A stretch of 64,000 nt of DNA from Nostoc sp. (lineage in GTDB: Bacteria > Cyanobacteriota > Cyanobacteriia > Cyanobacteriales > Nostocaceae). Below the pieces are notes generated by a model. The model had not been told where the DNA came from. It was given only the letters and a program-made list of their open reading frames with translations, and made no database searches. Positions within the stretch are counted from its first letter, which is position 1. Each line of letters starts with the position of its first letter. The translations under genes and the position numbers were made by a program. Below are positions 18,218 to 26,955 of the stretch, in pieces. The stretch spans positions 35,074 through 99,073 of the forward strand of contig NZ_JBALFH010000002.1 of assembly GCF_036917095.1 (NCBI RefSeq), written 5' to 3'.

Positions 18218-19387
18218 ATGCGAACAATTGCAGAAATTAATGAGAAAATTAGCCGCCAACGTGCGGTAGTGTTGACAACTGAAGAATTAAAAGCACGAGT
18301 TGTAGAAATTGGTGTTACTAAAGCTGCGAAAGAAGTTGATGTAATTACCACTGGCACGTTTGAGCCAATGGAATCAAGTGGTGCAATTATTAATCTGGGG
18401 CATACTGACCCGCCAATAAAAATTCGCCGCTGCTGGTTAGATGGCGTTCCAGCATACTCTGGTTTTGGGGCAGTAGATTTATATTTGGGTGCGAGTTGTG
18501 CTGTGGAGACGACAGACGGGGAGGAAGTCCGAGAACGTGGCGGCGGTCATGTAATCGAAGATTTAATCGCTGGTAAACCTATACACGTAAAAGCGCAAGG
18601 ACAAGTAACAGATTGTTATCCCAGAGCAACTTTTGAAACTACAGTTACCAGTGAAACGATTAATCAGTTTTACTTATTTAATCCGCGCAATCTTTATCAA
18701 AATTTTATTGTTGGTGTAAATGGTGGCGATCGCCCCCTCTTCACCTATCTCGGCCCTTTACAACCGCGTCTGGGAAATGCCGTTTACTCTAACCCCGGTG
18801 CTATTTCCCCCTTACTCAACGACCCCGATTTGCAACTCGTTGGTATAGGTACTCGAATTTTTTTAGGTGGTGGTATTGGCTATGTCGCCTGGGAAGGCAC
18901 TCAGCACTTCCCCTTGCAAAAGCGTTTAGCTAATCGTACACCGATTGGGCCTTCCGCCACTTTGGCTTTAATTGGTGATGCCAAGCAAATGGATGCTCAT
19001 TGGGTGCGGGGGTGTTACTTCAAAAGCTATGGTCCCTCATTGATGTTAGGCGTTGGTGTACCACTTCCTGTATTAAATGAACAAGTAGTTGAATACTGTG
19101 CCGTGCAAGATAAAGACTTAGTAGCCCCAATAGTGGATTTTTCTATTCCCCGGCGCGTCCGTCCCACTTTTGGTTTGGTGAGTTACGCTCAACTCAAATC
19201 TGGGCGGATCGTCATTGAGGGCAAAGCAGTACGCTCTGCCCCCTTAGCCAGTTTATTTTTTTCTAGGCAAGTCGCCCTAGAGTTGAAAAAGTGGATCGAA
19301 GCAGGTACGTTTACCCTGACAGAACCAGTTTCCCCAATTCCGATGGAGCGATCTTTTCTACCCCAAGACCGTCGGACGGATTTTTGA
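18218..19387 (+). CDS. COG1900/DUF39 homocysteine biosynthesis protein homolog
   Basis: MRTIAEINEKISRQRAVVLTTEELKARVVEIGVTKAAKEVDVITTGTFEPMESSGAIINLGHTDPPIKI closely parallels the N-terminus of methanogen COG1900 proteins. The start is set at ATG 18218 rather than the upstream extension in the track. Confidence 0.8.
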   Translation: MRTIAEINEKISRQRAVVLTTEELKARVVEIGVTKAAKEVDVITTGTFEPMESSGAIINLGHTDPPIKIRRCWLDGVPAYSGFGAVDLYLGASCAVETTDGEEVRERGGGHVIEDLIAGKPIHVKAQGQVTDCYPRATFETTVTSETINQFYLFNPRNLYQNFIVGVNGGDRPLFTYLGPLQPRLGNAVYSNPGAISPLLNDPDLQLVGIGTRIFLGGGIGYVAWEGTQHFPLQKRLANRTPIGPSATLALIGDAKQMDAHWVRGCYFKSYGPSLMLGVGVPLPVLNEQVVEYCAVQDKDLVAPIVDFSIPRRVRPTFGLVSYAQLKSGRIVIEGKAVRSAPLASLFFSRQVALELKKWIEAGTFTLTEPVSPIPMERSFLPQDRRTDF

Positions 19388-19492
19388 TCGTGGGGACTAG
19401 GAAGTAGGGGGGGGAGCAGCAGGGAGCAGGGGGAAAATTCCTCTCCTCTGCACCGTTCCCCTGCCCCTCTGCCTCTTCTCCATGCCCTATGC
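19388..19492. repeat. Composite hairpin repeat: G-rich heptamers, a 28-nt core and C-rich heptamers
   Basis: The core aaaattcctctcctctgcaccgttcccc (19434-19461) recurs as an exact reverse complement at 21812-21839. Confidence 0.8.
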
Positions 19493-20518
19493 CTACTCTT
19501 GAGTCGGTTTCGGTCGCTTGATGGGCTTAGGAGCGGGTGTTTTGGGTATAGGTTTTGACACCACAGGGGTGTCACCGCCTGCGCCTGTTTTCTTAATAGG
19601 ACGCGGGGTTTCGCCACTACGTCTGGGGGGGAATGGTTTTCTACCACCAGCACCACCAGGGCCACCAGCACGAGGACCACCTTTGAATGGTGGTCTGCGT
19701 TTTTTGGGCAAGTCAGCGATCGCCTCAGCTTTTTCTACGATCAAAACGTCAGCTTCTCGCTTGGCTTGGAAGTCCCAGAACTTGCCTACTGCTTTGGTGG
19801 TCAGCACACCCCTCAATTTCAACTTAAAATACTTGGGTTTGTCAGTTGGTTTGCGTGCAGCCTGTCTAATTTTGACTACCAAGCTTTTAGCATCAAAAGA
19901 TTGGTATACTACCTCACCACGAACAGAAAAACCACCATCTGCAACTTCTGATGAGGGGATTACGGGAATTGTGCTTAATTCAGAGTTTTCGGATAAGCCA
20001 TCATCGGGTGTTTGTAACTCTTGCAACTCCAAGTCTGACTCGTCTTCATCTGTTGAGTTTTTAGCCAGATTTTCTGGCTCCCAAACTCCGACGATTTGGA
20101 TGTGCAAGGTATCATTCTCTTGTCTTGTACGTGGATATACTACCCACAAGTGTTCTTTTTCTAAGTCTAGGTGATTCTTGACTAAGCTCATAATCCGGCC
20201 TAGGAGGACGGCATTGAGTTCTACACCATCGGTAGTCAGCAGCGTACCTTGAGTAAATTGTTCGCTGCTAGCATGATAGCGACCTCTAACTAACCCGATC
20301 GCTCGATATTGCATCGGCTCACTGGGAGGCGGAATCGGTTGCTGTCGATTGACTAAGTTCCCATTTGAGTCAGTCTCAATGGGGTTAACAGGCGAATTTT
20401 CAGGTTTAGAGGACTGGGCTGTTATATGAACGCTAGCAGCTGCCCCTATGTTAGTTGGGCCCTGGTTAGAGGCAGAAGAATTGGAGGATTCAGGCAATGG
20501 CATCAGGTCGGAATTCAT
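19493..20518 (-). CDS. Hypothetical protein with a basic Pro/Gly-rich C-terminal tail
   Basis: The start is set at ATG 20518, preceded by AAGGAG plus 5 nt. The tail is KKRRPPFKGGPRAGGPGGAGGRKPFPPRRSGETPRPIKK...KPIKRPKPTQE. No family was recognised. Confidence 0.6.
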   Translation of the reverse strand: MNSDLMPLPESSNSSASNQGPTNIGAAASVHITAQSSKPENSPVNPIETDSNGNLVNRQQPIPPPSEPMQYRAIGLVRGRYHASSEQFTQGTLLTTDGVELNAVLLGRIMSLVKNHLDLEKEHLWVVYPRTRQENDTLHIQIVGVWEPENLAKNSTDEDESDLELQELQTPDDGLSENSELSTIPVIPSSEVADGGFSVRGEVVYQSFDAKSLVVKIRQAARKPTDKPKYFKLKLRGVLTTKAVGKFWDFQAKREADVLIVEKAEAIADLPKKRRPPFKGGPRAGGPGGAGGRKPFPPRRSGETPRPIKKTGAGGDTPVVSKPIPKTPAPKPIKRPKPTQE

Positions 20519-20896
20519 AAAAACTCCTTGCGGCGGAGACACATCCCATTGTGGGATTTTACAAAGGCAGCTGGAAAGAGCATTTGTGCGATTGATGAAA
20601 GTATATTTGCTTTTCACAAAGTCACACTAGGGTACTCTATACAATACTAAAGGCGCTAAATTGAGTGTATAAACACTAAATGTGTAATTTAGCGCCTTTA
20701 CACTAGTTTCGGAAGCATATCATAGCTACAATTCTGACGGCTCCTCCTAAAGTCATCACTTACTTTAGCAGTGTAGATAGTTAATTGTTATAAAATTCAC
20801 AGGTAATTGGCGGTATTCCGCAAAGTTTTGGAAAATTTTAACTTTACGATTTGTGTAAATGATAATGTCATTAAAATTTAGGAGAAAGACAAAACT

Positions 20897-21790
20897 GTGT
20901 CTCAACCGCGCAATCGTTGGATAGTTCAAGTCGTCTTGGCGCTGGCAATTCTTGCTTTTGTGGGTGTTTCGGTGATTCCCATAATTGGAGCATTTAATAA
21001 TACGCCATCCTCAAGCCAGAATGCAGCTAGCACCAGAGGCACTTTGACTTCCGCTGACCAAAAATCAAAACTGGAAGACGAAGTACGGGGTTATGAACTG
21101 GTTTTGCAAAGGGAACCAGAAAATCAGACTGCGCTTAAGGGTCTATTACAGGCACGGCTGCAACTACTGAGTCAAAAAGAAAAAAATGAGGTTAAACCAG
21201 CTGATATCCAAGTCGTCATTGAACCTTTAGAAAAGCTAGCCAAGCTCAATCCCGAACAGTCAGAATATTCAGTGCTACTGTCTCAAGCCAAAGAGCAAAT
21301 TGGCGATCGCGAAGGAGCTGCTCAAGCTTATCGCTCCTTTTTGTCTACAAAACCTGGCGATTTGAAAGCTTTGCAAGGAATGGTGACTCTGTTGATCAGA
21401 CAGCAACGCCCAGAAGCAGCCATTGGTTTGCTACAAGAAACCCTTTCTAATGCAGCCCAAGCAAATACAATTCAGCCTGGAAGTGTTGATACAGTAGCCG
21501 TGCAGGTGCTATTAGGTTCTGTTCATGCTTCCCAGAAACGCTACGCTCAAGCTAGCTCTGTATATGACCAAGCAATTAAGAAAGATCCTAAGGATTTTCG
21601 CCCCGTTGTGGCAAAAGCGATGCTCTTGAAACAACAGGGCAAAAACGCAGATGCAAAACTTTTGTTTGATAGTGCCGCAGCTTTAGCACCTGCTCAGTAC
21701 AAAGATGAAATTAAGAAGGCAGCAACGGTTTCTCCCATTCCTAAACCTGCTGCATCTCCCGCGCCTTCACTGGAAAGTACGCCCAAGTAA
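20897..21790 (+). CDS. TPR repeat protein with an N-terminal membrane anchor
   Basis: 297 aa with a GTG start, a TM segment WIVQVVLALAILAFVGVSVIPIIGAF, and TPR-like helices (GAAQAYRSFLSTKPGDLKAL, YAQASSVYDQAIKKDPKDF). Confidence 0.7.
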   Translation: MSQPRNRWIVQVVLALAILAFVGVSVIPIIGAFNNTPSSSQNAASTRGTLTSADQKSKLEDEVRGYELVLQREPENQTALKGLLQARLQLLSQKEKNEVKPADIQVVIEPLEKLAKLNPEQSEYSVLLSQAKEQIGDREGAAQAYRSFLSTKPGDLKALQGMVTLLIRQQRPEAAIGLLQETLSNAAQANTIQPGSVDTVAVQVLLGSVHASQKRYAQASSVYDQAIKKDPKDFRPVVAKAMLLKQQGKNADAKLLFDSAAALAPAQYKDEIKKAATVSPIPKPAASPAPSLESTPK

Positions 21791-21811
21791 TGGGCATTGC
21801 GCATTGGGCAT

Positions 21812-21880
21812 GGGGAACGGTGCAGAGGAGAGGAATTTTAATTTTCCCCCTGCTCCCTGCTCCCCTGCCTCCCCTGCCTC
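21812..21880. repeat. Inverted copy of the 19388-19492 composite repeat
   Basis: ggggaacggtgcagaggagaggaatttt is followed by ccccctgctccctgctcccctgcctcccctgcctc. Confidence 0.8.
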
Positions 21881-21883
21881 TTA

Positions 21884-22504
21884 TCACGCTCCCTCAATGG
21901 CAGCAACGACACCAAAGACTAAAAACAGGCATCCGCCAATCAGGGTGAGTTGACGCTCAGAAATGCGTCCGGCAAGCATTTTGCCGCCGATAACTGCGAT
22001 CGCAGCACAAATGGCATGTCCTAAAATTGCACCTATTGTGACTCCAATGGGATTATTACCTGCTGCTAGGGCAATAGTGGCAATTTGCGTGCGATCGCCC
22101 CACTCTGCCATAAATGTCAATACAAAGGCTTCTATGATAATTGCCAAGGAAGTCTTTTGCTTTGGTAACTCCAAATCTGCTTTTTTCACCGCAGCTTCGG
22201 CTTCTTCTACAACTTCTGTATCACAAGCAGCAGGAGACATCTTACTAGCGTCATATAACAGCTTGAGACCAAAGGCAATAAACAAAGCTATTTCGGCGTA
22301 ATGAATATAACTTTTTGGTAACAAAGATACCGCTTGTCCAAATAGCACCGAAAGAATTGTCATCGCGGCTAGAGCGGCTGTGACACCTATAAATACCAGC
22401 CGCCGCGAGTGGTGCATTGCCAAAATCACAGCAATAAAAAATGTTTTATCGCCTAGTTCTGAAACTGTTATTAATAATAAACCTGCGGTAAAAGCTGTTA
22501 ACAC
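21884..22504 (-). CDS. mnx: GDT1/TMEM165 (UPF0016) family cation transporter, Mnx/SynPAM71-like Mn exporter
   Basis: 206 aa with two copies of the E-x-G-D-(K/R)-(T/S) signature: SELGDKTFFIA and AEWGDRTQIAT. Confidence 0.85.
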   Translation of the reverse strand: MLTAFTAGLLLITVSELGDKTFFIAVILAMHHSRRLVFIGVTAALAAMTILSVLFGQAVSLLPKSYIHYAEIALFIAFGLKLLYDASKMSPAACDTEVVEEAEAAVKKADLELPKQKTSLAIIIEAFVLTFMAEWGDRTQIATIALAAGNNPIGVTIGAILGHAICAAIAVIGGKMLAGRISERQLTLIGGCLFLVFGVVAAIEGA

Positions 22505-22552
22505 TCTCTCAAGCTCCTGAAAAATCGTTTACCGATGTGAAGCTTGATGAGA

Positions 22553-22712
22553 ACCAAAAGACCTCACCAAGTTTACACTTTTCGGTGTGAACTTAGTGAA
22601 GGTCTCGCTTTCAAATATTTATTACTTGCCATCTGAACCAGGCTCATCGCCAGTATGTTGATTCAGATGTACTGGCTTTCAACTTTTTTGCCAGCAGCTA
22701 CTCCCCTTCTAT
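22553..22712 (-). promoter_or_regulatory. yybP-ykoY-like Mn2+ riboswitch (aptamer about 22598-22712) with an overlapping intrinsic terminator (22553-22607)
   Basis: The minus-strand RNA is AGAAGGGGAGUAGCUGCUGGC...AUCAACAUAC...GAAAGCGAGACCUUC. This carries the GGGGAGUAG and AGACC hallmarks, with P1 pairing GAAGG/CCUUC. A roughly 20-bp hairpin plus UUUUGG follows and reuses GAGACCUUC. Confidence 0.7.
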
Positions 22713-22721
22713 GCGATTGCA

Positions 22722-22750
22722 ATTATACATATTTTTCATATAGATGTCAA
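22722..22750 (-). promoter_or_regulatory. Consensus sigma70-type promoter for the riboswitch-mnx transcript
   Basis: On the minus strand, TTGACA (22750-22745), a 17-nt spacer and TATAAT (22727-22722) lie about 10 nt upstream of the aptamer start. Confidence 0.6.
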
Positions 22751-22944
22751 GGGAGTAGGGGATGAAGAGGTATTACTGTGGAGTGAAACGGCGTATACAG
22801 ACCAATTTCGATGAGGTTCTCCCACTCCACCTTCGCGTAATCATGACTTTGCAATTTTTCTATAGTTGTTTTTATCCATTGCAAGTAGTCCGCATCATAT
22901 AGGGTTTGGGAATGTGCCTTTGGGGAAGACATGGCAGTTTCCAT
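22747..22944 (-). pseudogene. Truncated DUF29 gene (N-terminal about 45 residues only)
   Basis: LYDADYLQWIKTTIEKLQSHDYAKVEWENLIEI matches the DUF29 N-terminal signature (LYE.D...W......L.......D.ENL.EEIE). The frame then degenerates. Confidence 0.5.
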
Positions 22945-23207
22945 AGGAAATGGTTAGATAATTTCTCGCATCTCTTTACTATGATTGTAGTCTGGAAGAA
23001 TGCTTGGGTGTAGCCTGTCGTAGACATCCCACTCATACTACAACTGCGTAACCTATTGGTTGTGTAAAGTAAAACTATCAATAAAGTCAGAGGTGACGTA
23101 ATAATCACCTCAACCATTACTTACCTATACATAATGTCAATTCATTCAAAAAAGTGGATCTATGAATTGATGAATCATGCACAAGGGTAACGCTAAATCC
23201 TGTTCCA

Positions 23208-24182
<975 letters not shown>

Positions 24183-24402
24183 TTAATCACCTTTTAGTAT
24201 CTCCAGGATTTTACATCACCGAGTTGTACCAATATTTATTTTTGTAAATACGAGTTTAATATTTGGTAATAAATTAAGCATTTAAATTAAGGTTTATAGC
24301 TAACTTATTTGCGAAATATTAAGCTCATATTCATCTTGATACTCAATGCTCACAGATAACTTTTAGGTAGGCGATCGCAACTCTTATTTGAAAATATTAC
24401 TC

Positions 24403-26955
24403 TCAAGATTCCAATTCGCCATCATTAAAAGACCACTCCTTCGGTTTTTCAGCTAATGAGAGAGGTAAAGGATACTCACACTCGTCAGAAGTCCACCAAT
24501 GGCGCGATCTGAGAGTGTGTGTAATTGCATGATGGAGTATAAATTTCTCAGGTGATGGCGTTGCTAGGATATTTTGAGCGCGTGGCTGCGGAGTTTTCCA
24601 ATCTTTTCTACGTTCGGGATTGCGAGTAATATTTTTTGTAATGCACTTACCTGTCTGAGAATCAAGTTTAGTTATTGATTTTCCATCTTTGGTAGTTTCT
24701 TTTTCGTATCCCCTTACTATCCAAGCTTGATAACGGCTCATCTGTTTAGCCAATTTGTTAGTCCGAGACTTTTCAGCAATGCTTAGGACTGTTTGAGTAA
24801 ACGCAGTTGTATTCAGATGGCAGTTTTGTGGAATAAACATTCCTTTTGTAAAAGAGGCTGTACCTTTTATGAATGTTTCTTGCTTTGTATTAAGTCCATA
24901 TCCTTGCGGAACTTCATTATTCATTCTGTCACGTACACGAACAATGTGAATTTTGTTTGTCGGTGGTTTATCTGGCTCGAACTTGCTGTCTTGTAACCAA
25001 GTCCAATAGCTGCGAGCATTTTGACCGTGAACAAATAGATATATATCGTCAGCAGCAGAGTATGTCTGGCTCAATGTAGTCAGCATATTACTGATAACTT
25101 GATCGCAATTAACCTTAGATGTTCTGTGCTTTGCTAATTCGCAAATTGTATCAGGCATGGTTCTAAAATGCAGATCCCTCTGAGGTAATAACACTCTGAC
25201 TTCATTCTTATAAATTGCCACTAAAATTGGCTCATTAAAACTTTGGCTTGCTGTTGTCTGGTTCCGCCGACTTACATACAAAGCAGCATAGACAGTGTTA
25301 TCGTCAGGAGTTGATAAAGGGTAATTTAGGTCGAATGGCAAAATGGCATCCAGAATTGCAGCAAGAGCACGATTATAAAGATTCTGTTGCAAATCTTCGT
25401 CTGTTCTGGCTTCCCCAGTTTCATTATTATCTACCTTCTCTGTGGACAAGATGCACTGAGGAATAAAATTGTATTTAGGTAAAAGAGATTTTAGATAAGG
25501 TTTTGGATCTTGATTACCACGATATCTAGTATGGTCTGGAGATAGAATTTCTATGATCATCGGCATTGGATGTTCAGGTTGATTCTGCTGCCCAAATTCT
25601 CGAATACGACGGTCATTGATAATTGTTCGACCGTTTCTTTCTATCTCTTCTAAAGGATCGGCTAAACCTTCGGATGTATAAAACTCTAGATTGAGACTGT
25701 TGCCAAAGTAATGCTTGGCAACGAATGCAAGAGCGTCTCGGACTTCTTCTGTGCGGTAACGTACTTGAATAGTTAAGTTATTTGCTCGTTCAGCTAAGAA
25801 TACCTGTAAGTTTCTACTAATATCGGGAAGTTTTCCCTTGGAAGGTCTATTAATAATTGGCGTGTCTTGAAATCGCTGCTTAATGGATTTATTCAAGTCT
25901 GTCTTAACAGTTATCTTTTGCCAGGGAGGAGAAATTATAACGCTAGGTGGTAATATATCTTTGATTTGTTTAAGTAATGTTCTCTCGTCCTCAAAAGTAA
26001 ATCCTGTTCCCCATCCCGCCTTCTGATAGACTCGTGCAGGAACCAAAATATCTGTCTGGTCTGTTTGAAGAAAATTTAATGGGTTTGCCAAGACATCCGT
26101 TATGTTTGGAATTTGCACTGATAAACGTTCTAAAATTTGGCTCACCTGTCGGTTTTTCCATTGGGGGACATACTCAGTTCCTTCCCGACGGTAATTTGCT
26201 TCCAGAACCGTAAAGGCATTTGGCTGTAGTAGGTTGTAGTCTCCTAGCCAAGATCGTAATCTACGAACATAGCATCTTGTAGTACGTTTCTCTAACCGAA
26301 TATCTGAGTCCTTTCCTTGTTTAACTATCCAACGCTTCATCTGAAAGTGAAGGTTGATTTTTTTAGGATCTATATCACTTTGAGTTGATATAACAAGCGC
26401 CACAGATGCTCGATGACCATGCGTATTTGAAAACGGCGGCCAAGATACAAGTTCAACAGTATTTCCGCTTCGTCCTGGGCCAAATAAAAACTTGAATGAA
26501 TTTTCTCCTAGTTGATATTCGTGCTTGCTGAGTTCCCACGCGATCGCCCAAGAAGGTGCCCAAAATTTGAGATGATTAGGTGCTGCTTCAGTCCAATGAA
26601 ACTGATCGACACTGCAATATGGTTTTAACGCTTTATGTTCTGATTCTGGGTAGCATACTTCAACCCATCTCTTGAATATAAGAGCTAGAATCTCTGGGTC
26701 AACTTCTTCATAAGCCAGAAAAGTAGCGGGGTTTGGTTCGCCATTAACCATCAACTTATTGTCGATAAAGCGGATCTGTGGCAGCAATAATCGGATCGTA
26801 TTAAGTAATGAAGTTGTTGGGGCGTTTTCTTCAGGTTCTCCATAATGGGTATTAAATTTTTTTAAATTGGGAAACGGCATCACAAAACCAGTGATATCCC
26901 TGACCAATTTCTCGTTATATTCAAGGTAGATGGGCTGGTAGTAATTAATACTCAA
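24403..26955 (-). CDS. Large PIWI-like protein, candidate PIWI-RE family member. Third gene of the three-gene island.
   Basis: 850 aa. Its TTG start overlaps the upstream stop (TTGA). It has a MID-like Y487-x-K489...Q500, VRVRD676 resembling the Argonaute xRDG strand, and a C-terminal YPLPLSLA (828-835) resembling the Ago C-terminal PxPxYYAHLA. The family call rests on these weak motifs plus operon context. Confidence 0.5.
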   Translation of the reverse strand: MSINYYQPIYLEYNEKLVRDITGFVMPFPNLKKFNTHYGEPEENAPTTSLLNTIRLLLPQIRFIDNKLMVNGEPNPATFLAYEEVDPEILALIFKRWVEVCYPESEHKALKPYCSVDQFHWTEAAPNHLKFWAPSWAIAWELSKHEYQLGENSFKFLFGPGRSGNTVELVSWPPFSNTHGHRASVALVISTQSDIDPKKINLHFQMKRWIVKQGKDSDIRLEKRTTRCYVRRLRSWLGDYNLLQPNAFTVLEANYRREGTEYVPQWKNRQVSQILERLSVQIPNITDVLANPLNFLQTDQTDILVPARVYQKAGWGTGFTFEDERTLLKQIKDILPPSVIISPPWQKITVKTDLNKSIKQRFQDTPIINRPSKGKLPDISRNLQVFLAERANNLTIQVRYRTEEVRDALAFVAKHYFGNSLNLEFYTSEGLADPLEEIERNGRTIINDRRIREFGQQNQPEHPMPMIIEILSPDHTRYRGNQDPKPYLKSLLPKYNFIPQCILSTEKVDNNETGEARTDEDLQQNLYNRALAAILDAILPFDLNYPLSTPDDNTVYAALYVSRRNQTTASQSFNEPILVAIYKNEVRVLLPQRDLHFRTMPDTICELAKHRTSKVNCDQVISNMLTTLSQTYSAADDIYLFVHGQNARSYWTWLQDSKFEPDKPPTNKIHIVRVRDRMNNEVPQGYGLNTKQETFIKGTASFTKGMFIPQNCHLNTTAFTQTVLSIAEKSRTNKLAKQMSRYQAWIVRGYEKETTKDGKSITKLDSQTGKCITKNITRNPERRKDWKTPQPRAQNILATPSPEKFILHHAITHTLRSRHWWTSDECEYPLPLSLAEKPKEWSFNDGELES

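Noticed and set aside
17946-18269. 107-aa plus-strand ORF upstream of and overlapping the COG1900 gene
   Set aside because: It has an AT-rich, low-complexity N-terminus and no RBS. Only its last roughly 20 codons resemble a known family (DUF4351), so it is treated as a remnant, and it overlaps the genuine ATG at 18218.
19518-20174. 218-aa plus-strand ORF
   Set aside because: It is antisense to the better-supported minus-strand gene 19493-20518. Its Gly/Pro/Ser/Leu-rich low-complexity translation mirrors the Pro/Gly-rich tail on the opposite strand.
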